Shown here: positions 56,429-64,000 of the stretch, one piece after another
Layout: each line of letters opens with the position of its first letter
Position numbering within the stretch: the first letter of the stretch is position 1
NCBI GenBank assembly: GCA_964016885.1
Contig: OZ024757.1
Coordinates: 4,216,001 to 4,280,000 of the forward strand
Direction of reading: 5' to 3'
DNA: 64,000 nt
Origin: Eledone cirrhosa
Taxonomy: Eukaryota
Notes under the pieces: generated by a model
Told to the model about the DNA's origin: nothing
Database searches by the model: none
What the model saw: only the letters and a program-made list of their open reading frames with translations
Program-made: the position numbers and the translations under genes

Positions 56429-57349
56429 CACACCCCACTATTTCCGAAATAGAAACAACTATAGAATGTATTGTTCACTCAGTAAAGTTGTTTTAAATTA
56501 TCTCTTTATATGAATGTATATTAGGTGTAATTAATTTTAGACATATGTAGAAAATATTGGGATTTCAGATTGTATTCTGAAATTATTATTTTTTATCCAA
56601 CTGCCCCCCAAAAAATGACAAACACGACAAAAAAAAATATTTTCTGTGTTAATTCAAATAACAGCGGAAAATAATATATTCAAATAATATCTTTTAAAAA
56701 TACCGTTTTTTTTTTTGTCTGTTAAATACATACATATATACAACTTCTATAAAAGCATCTGTGATTTCTTTAGACATATGTAGAAAATAAGCTTTGATGG
56801 TAACATATATCGTCTGCTAAAGAACGCGATTAACACACACATATGTCTGTATAAATCTGCGGGATTGCGTTCGGTTTATTTTTTGTATCCCGTTTGTAAA
56901 ATAAGTTGGATTACTTTGAATAAATAATTGTTTGAATAAATAATGAATGAATATTACATAATTTATCTACTAAATTTCGTGGCTGTTCATTAAATATATT
57001 TTGTTTATTTAATGATTCACATCTTTAAAATTTCTGAAATGTCAACACTTCCGGTGGCGTTCGTTAAAATAAACATACTCACTTTCGGTCATTAATTTTC
57101 TCCTGGTGCAGTTTATATATAATATCGTCTTTTTTAATATATCATGAATTACGTTACTGATTACATAAGTCTTCGTTCAATTTATGTATTATATATTGTC
57201 AATTACGATTTTATTTGATGTATCATATCTACATGTATATATATACCTGCGTATAATATCAATATACACACTACACATGCTAGCAGAAAACCACCCAAAG
57301 GGTGGTTTTTCTGCTAGTATATATAAACGCGGACACACGTTAGATAAAG

Positions 57350-57594
57350 AATCCCTCCAATCACCCACCCTCTCTCCTGCCTCTTTACTTTTTTTCTCTC
57401 TCCCATCTTTTCTCTTTTCTTATTGTCTTTCTCATCTCCTCTCTTTCTTTCTCTCTCTCATCCTCTACAGAATAGCGAACAAAAAATAAATAAACGATAT
57501 ATAACATTGGGAGAGTTAAGAAGTGTGTAAAAATAATAAATAAATAAAAGTTAATGAATGCTGGCTACTTTCCCCCCTCTCTCTCCCATCCCAT

Positions 57595-57637
<43 letters not shown>

Positions 57638-58030
57638 ACATCCCCCTTCTCTTTACGGAATAGAGAACAAAATATAAAGAAAAGATAAATAACGTTAAGG
57701 AAGCGGGAGAGTTAAAAAGTGTGTAAAAATAATAAATAAATAAAAGTTAAGAACGCTGGTTACTTTCCCTCTCTCTCTTTCATCGTCTTTCTCTCTCACG
57801 TCCCCTTACTCTCTCTCTCTCTCTCTTTGTCTCTCATCCGTTACTATCTTTCTTTCTCTCTCACATCCCCTTACTCTCTCTCTCTCCCATCCACTCACCC
57901 TCTCTGTTTCTCTCTCATTCCCTTACTCTCTCTCCCATCTGCCACTCTCTCTCTCTTTCTCTCTCATCCCTTACTCTCTCTCTCTTTCTCTCTCCCATCC
58001 CTCACTCTCTCATCTACAGACTGGAGAACA
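57350..58030. repeat. CT-rich low-complexity tract with ~195-bp direct repeat inside the Helitron 5' region
   Basis: gggagagttaa.aagtgtgtaaaaataataaataaataaaagttaa at ~57509 and ~57705, plus (CT)n runs. Confidence 0.8.
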
Positions 58031-58479
58031 TAAAAAACAAAATGGATGATCTCTTTTGATATTCATTAGAAAATTAGATAATTTTGAATTTAAATGAATT
58101 CCTTGCTTTGCAAAGTGAAACCTTTTCGACCGTTACCTGTCCGAGTGTATAGTGAATATGTACATGTAATTTTGAGGAGTTTGGTCCGGTAGTTTGCTAG
58201 TTTTGGGCGGACACACAGAATCGTAAACTTGCATTTATAGATAGATTTCTTTATTAGCCACAAGGGCGCAACAAGAAAGAGGACAATACAAAGACATGCC
58301 GGGGATTTTACATACAGTCGTGTAAAAAATATAAAAACAAACAATTTCAACAATCGAAATCCCCAATAGGGGGGAGGCGCCACAAATGGGTTGTTTAATA
58401 CCCCGTCGATAGAACAACCCTCAACTCAAGGAGCGTGTTGTGCAAGTGCTCCTTTCTTCCTTTTGCTCTTTTCCTCAAC

Positions 58480-61400
58480 CTACAGGCTTATAAACAGAGA
58501 AGGCCCAATCACTCGGGCCATTTTCGCTTCATTCACCCACCTTTCAGTAAATTTACTGGGGTGCAGTGCCTCTCTCTCCACCCTGATTCTCCTTCTAAAG
58601 TGATACTTAAAGAATGGAATCAATTGTTGTCCGGAGAGAAAGGCATCTGTCCTCAGTCCTCTCAACCTCGTCCACCATATAACTTCTTTCACCATAGCCA
58701 CCGTACAGAGGAAAACCGCCTCTCTTTCGTTTTTGAAAGAGTCTGGCGGTTTGATCCTTACTATGGACTCGGCAGTCAACTGTATTTGTCCCATACGCGA
58801 CAGCAGTTGTTCTGCATAGTTCCACAGGTCGCTTACGCCCGGGCAGTGTACAATTGCGTGCAGAACTGTTTCAATGTCCTGCGCACATCTTGGACACGTC
58901 CTCTTGGAAGGATCCCTGCCAGGGCGTCCGTGCCTGTAGATCTTGTCACGAACCGGTAGAGCTCCTCGGTAGCACTGCCAGGCCAGGGACCTCTGGAAGT
59001 TGTCCATAGGTCCCGGGCGGAAAGTCCTACCAAACATACTGGTGAGCTCATCGTCTTTGACGCCCAGAGTCTCTCCGAGCACGTCGTCGCCCTTGTAACG
59101 TACAATCCCTCTATAGAATGTCGAAGTGGAGTCTCCACTGATTGCTGCGCCCGCTTGCCAGAGGACTGTGAGCGCCTGAGCGCATTCAATGTGCCAGGCG
59201 CCCATCGTTTTCGGTCTTTTCTTCACCCAGGACTGCAGCTCCGTTAGCGAGACGAGCTGTGGGAAAGCCTGTCTCACAAACGGTGCCCACACCGGTTGGG
59301 GGTCGATGAGGAATACCTGGAGATGCCGCAGCCTCAGCGCATGTTTGCGCATCATCAGCCACAGCATTCCCAGCCCTCCGTTGGAAGGGTGCTGACAGCA
59401 GACGGATCTCCTCACCAGCGGAGCCTGCTTCTTCCACAGAAACTGGAAGAGCATGCGTTCCATCTTGGCGAGGTGTTCACGGGGACAAGGCACGACAGTC
59501 AAGCGGTAGTAGATGTCGGACGCTATGAAAGTGTTCGCCACCTCCGCTCGACCTTTCAAGGACAGTTTGCACTCTGTCCACTTCTGAGTGAGTGCAAACA
59601 CCTTGGCTGTGACCTCGTTCCAGTTTTTCTCCACCTGGAGGTCTGGACCGAACCAGACCCCGAGCAATTTCACCGGTCCGTCCGTCCAGCGTCCAACGAC
59701 GCTGTCGGATGTCATCGGTTTGCCTCTCCACGTACCGAGTTGCAAACCGACAGACTTGTCTGGGTTTAGTTTTGCTCCCGTCAGCGTTTCGTATTCTTTC
59801 AGTATGTTGCCGATCACCCCGATTTCCGAGGTGCTCGACACCATTACTGTCACGTCGTCGGCATAAGCCGACGCTGCTTTGCGCAGTCCCGGTTCTAGGG
59901 GGATGCCCTGCAACAGCTCCAATTTCCGCAGTAGTGGCTCTAGAGTCAATACATACAGAATGGAGGAGAGAGGGCATCCCTGTCGAATGGAACGCGTGAT
60001 TGCGAACGGCTCCGATAGGTAGCCGTTCACCTTGACCCTCGAGCAGATGCTGGTGTGCATCGCCTCGATCCATCCTCTGAACACGGGACCGAAACCGGCC
60101 GCCTTGAGAACCGCTTCCAAGTATCGATGGTCGACCCTATCGAATGCCTTAGACTGATCCAAGTTGATCAGAGCCCCACCGAAGCCGGGTTTACTACCCA
60201 CCCTCTCTATGATGTATCGCATGAGGTGGAGGTTGTCGTGTATGGACCTGGTCGGGATTGCACACGTTTGCGCTTTCCCTACCAGGTTCTCGACGACAAG
60301 CGCCAACCTCGTCGCTAGCACCTTGGCCAAAATCTTTAACTCTGTGTTGAGCAGAGTTATGGGCCTGAAGTTGTTAATTTCGTCCCCCTTGTTCTCGTCT
60401 TTCCTGATCAGCGTTACTACGCCCTTGCCTGCAGAACTGGGAATTTTCCCGTTCTGCTGCCAATTGCAGTAGACGGCTTCGAGGACGCCAGAGAACAAGT
60501 CCGGCATGCCTATGTAAAATTCGTAGGGTAGACCATCTAGACCGGGTGACTTGCGTTTCCCGCAGCGGCCCAGAGCGTCCCGTATCTCAGTGTCCGTGAT
60601 CGGTCTTTCGCAGAACTCGGCGTCCGTGTTCGAGAGACGCGGCAGGCCGTCGAGGTATGAACTAAAGTCCATTGCCCCGTTCGGCTCACCGTCGTTCTGA
60701 TCAAACAGTCGCGCAAAGTGCCGCTGAAAGGCCGCGCACATTTGCTTGGGGTCAAGTAGCACGCGTCCGTTTTGGTCTTTCAAAGACCGAATCGTGGACT
60801 TGTTGCCACTTTTTGCCTCCGCCACTCGGGCCCAGCTGACAGCTTTCGCTCCTTCGTTTCCTAGAGCACGTGTTTTGCTTCTGACCACGCAGCCTTCGTG
60901 TTTCGCATCGAAGAACTGGTCCAGTGCCGTTCTCGACGCTAACACTCTAGCCGCGTTGCCACTTCTAAGTGCCTCCTCTACCTTGGCTACTAGTTCTCTT
61001 TCTATTCTGTTTTTCTCTAAGGCTAACTCTCTGCTATACCCTATCGATTCTATTCTAATTGCTTTCTTGAGAGAGTACCACCATCTATTGTTGACGATGG
61101 CTCCCGTTAACTGTTGCTTGACTAGTTTACTTATCCGTTCACTGTAAGCTTTACGTGCCGGCAACGACACGTTCAGCTTCCAGTATCCGGGACCCTGTCT
61201 ATGTATTCTATCACGGTTGACTAAGCAGACGACTAACTTGTGATCTGAATAGGCAACCATGTGCATTCGTGGACAGCTTAACATATCCTTGTCCCTTTCT
61301 CTAATGAAGAACCTATCTAAATACGATCTAGATGTCCCACTGCGGTTTACCCACGTCCACTGTGGCGCAGTCGGGAAATCCAGTCGATACCTATCGGCCA

Positions 61401-61926
61401 GTTGGAATTGGCCGATTAAAGTTTTGAGGCTGTTGCACCCCGCTCTACTGGGACATGCTCCCACATAGTCCCATCGTGCATCTAGGATACCATTCCAGTC
61501 CCCCACTAAAAGTAAGGAGCGAGACGTTCCCAGAAAAGACTCTAGACGCTTAAAGAAGTCTGGCCGTGATTGCGATTGCCCGGTCGGGGCATAAACGGCC
61601 ACCAGTCTGAAGGCTCCACCTCCGATACTGTTCACGTCTAGGACTACCAGTCTACCCTCCGGGTCCAAGTGTACTTGCTGTACTCCGACGTCCAGGTTCT
61701 TCCGAAACATAACAGCCACTCCACCTCCACCTCCTGGCTGACAGAGAGATGCGTAGATCTCAAAGTCGTCGAAGATGGGGGTTAGTTGCTGCCTGTTGTG
61801 GATTCTGGACTCGGTGATGGCTATCACATCCATACTGTGTGACCTAAGGTCGTTTAAAAGTTGGCCCTGTTTCCAGGGCATCCCTAGGCCACGCACATTC
61901 ACGGTTCCAACTCGTAAACCAGCCAT
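58480..61926 (-). CDS. Tx1/L1 ORF2, 1148 aa: APE endonuclease, reverse transcriptase, C-terminal CCHC; intact
   Basis: TVNVRGL, VYAP, GDWN, YLDRF, SDH, GPGYWKLN, KSPGLDG, NFRPITLLN, DQSKAFDRV, IRQGCPLS, YADD, GGLG, CPRC..ETVLHAIVHC. Confidence 0.96.
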   Translation of the reverse strand: MAGLRVGTVNVRGLGMPWKQGQLLNDLRSHSMDVIAITESRIHNRQQLTPIFDDFEIYASLCQPGGGGGVAVMFRKNLDVGVQQVHLDPEGRLVVLDVNSIGGGAFRLVAVYAPTGQSQSRPDFFKRLESFLGTSRSLLLVGDWNGILDARWDYVGACPSRAGCNSLKTLIGQFQLADRYRLDFPTAPQWTWVNRSGTSRSYLDRFFIRERDKDMLSCPRMHMVAYSDHKLVVCLVNRDRIHRQGPGYWKLNVSLPARKAYSERISKLVKQQLTGAIVNNRWWYSLKKAIRIESIGYSRELALEKNRIERELVAKVEEALRSGNAARVLASRTALDQFFDAKHEGCVVRSKTRALGNEGAKAVSWARVAEAKSGNKSTIRSLKDQNGRVLLDPKQMCAAFQRHFARLFDQNDGEPNGAMDFSSYLDGLPRLSNTDAEFCERPITDTEIRDALGRCGKRKSPGLDGLPYEFYIGMPDLFSGVLEAVYCNWQQNGKIPSSAGKGVVTLIRKDENKGDEINNFRPITLLNTELKILAKVLATRLALVVENLVGKAQTCAIPTRSIHDNLHLMRYIIERVGSKPGFGGALINLDQSKAFDRVDHRYLEAVLKAAGFGPVFRGWIEAMHTSICSRVKVNGYLSEPFAITRSIRQGCPLSSILYVLTLEPLLRKLELLQGIPLEPGLRKAASAYADDVTVMVSSTSEIGVIGNILKEYETLTGAKLNPDKSVGLQLGTWRGKPMTSDSVVGRWTDGPVKLLGVWFGPDLQVEKNWNEVTAKVFALTQKWTECKLSLKGRAEVANTFIASDIYYRLTVVPCPREHLAKMERMLFQFLWKKQAPLVRRSVCCQHPSNGGLGMLWLMMRKHALRLRHLQVFLIDPQPVWAPFVRQAFPQLVSLTELQSWVKKRPKTMGAWHIECAQALTVLWQAGAAISGDSTSTFYRGIVRYKGDDVLGETLGVKDDELTSMFGRTFRPGPMDNFQRSLAWQCYRGALPVRDKIYRHGRPGRDPSKRTCPRCAQDIETVLHAIVHCPGVSDLWNYAEQLLSRMGQIQLTAESIVRIKPPDSFKNEREAVFLCTVAMVKEVIWWTRLRGLRTDAFLSGQQLIPFFKYHFRRRIRVEREALHPSKFTERWVNEAKMARVIGPSLFISL

Positions 61927-63798
61927 GTTGGTGAAGAAAAGTTGGAGAAAAAGGACGAAAGGTGCACTTACCTTTTCGTTTCCTGGAGATCGGGTTGTTC
62001 AATCTCCATTTGGGTGCTGGTGGGGTGGGGAAACCTTTCAACAGGACGCGGTTGATGGGTTTGTGGCAGGGGTTGCCCACGTCCTGTGAAAATTTAATTT
62101 TCAGGTCTTTATAGGTTTCCATAGAAACCCTTATAAGTTTAAGGTGTGGAGACGATTCTGCCTTGACGAAAGTTTTGCCCTCCGTCTCCACCTTGGGGTT
62201 TTGGGAGATGACCTCCATCAAACTCTTGTTGTTTGTGTTGATGTATGCGTATTGTTGTTTGTGTTTTTGTTGTATTGTTTTAGTTTGTTGTTCATCTGGG
62301 AGTTTTCTTTTGATGGTGGGTGCTTGTGTTTGGGGTGGTGTTGGTGCTGGTTTTGCTGATAGGGGGGTGTTTGACTGTGGTGTTGTTTGTGTTGTTGTTT
62401 GTGTCTGTGGTTGGAGTTTTGGGGGTTTTGTGGTGTCTCTTTTTTTGTTTTTTGGATTTCCGCGGTTCTCCCTCTTCTTCACTTAAAGAAGGAGAAGCAG
62501 CTTCATCCGTCGATGAATAATCATCGTCAGGTGTGTGGGGTAAGGGTATGTTGTGTGGTGGTGGTGGTGGTGTTTCGGTATGTGTGTTTGTGGTAGTGGG
62601 ATGGAGTGGGGATGTGTTCTTCAAGGGTGTTGTCTCTGTTTTTTCTGTTGTTGTTGGTTGAGTGTCTGTTTGTTTTGGTGTGGTTGCTCGTTTCGTCTGT
62701 CGTTGTACTTGTGGTGGTGGTGGTTGTTTTGGTGTTGGTGTTGGTAATAGCGTTTTTTTTATGATGTTGCTGTTGTGTGTTTGTGGACAAGAGGCTTTTA
62801 GGTGAGATGTGCTACCACAGCGAAAGCAGTGAAATTTTCTTCCTTCTACCGAAATGTTTATTTTGTTGTTATCATCGATGACGACTCTTTCGGGTATTTT
62901 GGAGATTCTCTCCGGTTTCATTTGCAACAGAATCTCCAAATCGGTGCCCGCCCACCTTTGTCGAATGGATTTTCGTATCGAAAGTATTGTCTGTTTCTGG
63001 CTCTACGAAGCCAGCCAAGATCCACCAGATGTTAATGCTTGGAGGTATGTTTTTTATTTTTATTTTTTGTGTCCTTTTCCCCATGTATGTAGGGAAAAAG
63101 GTGTATGCTTTTGACACTATTGGTGTCACAGAGTTTTTTGGGGCCAGTGTCTCGCTTTTAAACAGTACGGAAACACTTCCGTACTGTTTTCCTCGCTGGA
63201 GAAAATCGACATTTCCTAGAATCTCCTTGAAAGAATCTTCTATATCTGACTGATTAACAAATGTCGGTTTTCTTGACGAATTTGACACAGTCCTAAAAGT
63301 GACTGATCGGCGGTTTGTGTCTTCCTTTATTTCAAGGGGTGAGTTAATTCTAAACCCACCTCTTTCTTCGAAAGTTACAAATTTTCTCCCTTGCTGGAGC
63401 ATATCTCTTGCGTTGGAGATATCAAGATTTATAAAATCTTGTTTCTTGTTGACTGTGTCAGCAAAAGACATTTTCTTTTTTTGTGTGATGTTGTTGTTAA
63501 TAATGATGTGATCGTTGTTGGAAATTTTATGTGTAGATGTATCTGTAGAGTTGTTGATGTCTTTTTCATGTGTATGTATGTCAATGGGTTTTTTTGCCGT
63601 GTTTTCCCGTGTGTTATTGTCATTTTTCTCCGCTTCGGCGGTAGAAATTGTAACATTTTCAAATGTTGATATATTTTTTTCTTTTGTGACAGTATCTATG
63701 GCAACGTCCATAGCAGCAGAAGCAGATATAACGTTAATATCTGCCTCTTTCTCTCTCTTTTCACTATTAACGTTCTCCAGCGTTCTAGTGTTGCTCAA
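61844..63798 (-). pseudogene. Tx1/L1 ORF1 (gag-like, CCHC knuckle, P/T/Q-rich tail) split by at least two frameshifts
   Basis: Overlapping pieces 62872-63798, 62292-62939 (CFRCGSTSHLKASC) and 61844-62482. Confidence 0.75.
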
Positions 63799-64000
63799 GT
63801 TTTTTTTCTTTGTAAAATTTGATATTTTAAGACAAACTTTTAAATAAAATTTTCGCCCCTGTAGGGGCGAAAAATGGGATTACCACCCAGCTGACAATTC
63901 AGCTTGGGGGTTAATCTACAAAGTGTTGTATTTTTTTCAAACAATTAGATCGGTTTTTTGCATAGAAATTAACAAAAAACTTACCGGCGATATTCCACAC

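Larger units (their letters stand above)
50857..58245 (-). mobile_element. Helitron rolling-circle transposon, both termini present, coding region decayed
   Basis: Minus-strand 5' end A|TCTATCTATAAATG at 58245. 3' end is a hairpin TACCCGG-gtatca-CCGGGTA followed by ..CTAG|T at 50857. RepHel fragments lie inside. Confidence 0.88.
58246..64000 (-). mobile_element. L1/Tx1-clade LINE (ORF1 + ORF2); 5' end at or beyond window edge
   Basis: Two-ORF layout with a ~230 nt 3' UTR ending in AATAAAGAAA. Confidence 0.92.

Overview
Eukaryotic, repeat-only window with no recognisable host gene. An octopus/cephalopod-like genome is inferred from the very long (TA)n tracts and the tRNA-derived SINE family. 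Layout: (1) 1-13.7 kb is an AT-rich ~21-24 bp minisatellite with ~1.2 kb higher-order structure, interrupted by a hammerhead-bearing foldback insert. (2) 13.7-36.8 kb is a same-orientation pile-up of about ten R4/Dong-clade (RT + restriction-like endonuclease) non-LTR retrotransposon copies from two families, nested in (TAA)n. One copy is full-length with an intact 1130-aa ORF, and its 5' leader appears to hold a conserved ~0.9 kb spliceosomal intron. (3) 37-50.6 kb is a (TA)n-rich zone with a CRE fragment, two Penelope-like fragments, a decayed RTE LINE and several non-coding 0.4-0.66 kb tandem/inverted modules carrying type I hammerhead ribozymes (pseudo-LTR or retrozyme-like). A 591-bp tandem array there has hammerheads with a compensatory U3:A8 core. 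(4) 50.9-58.2 kb is a decayed Helitron with both termini. (5) 58.2-64 kb is an L1/Tx1 LINE with intact ORF2 and frameshifted ORF1. All calls come from reading the sequence and ORF track; no searches or folding programs were run.
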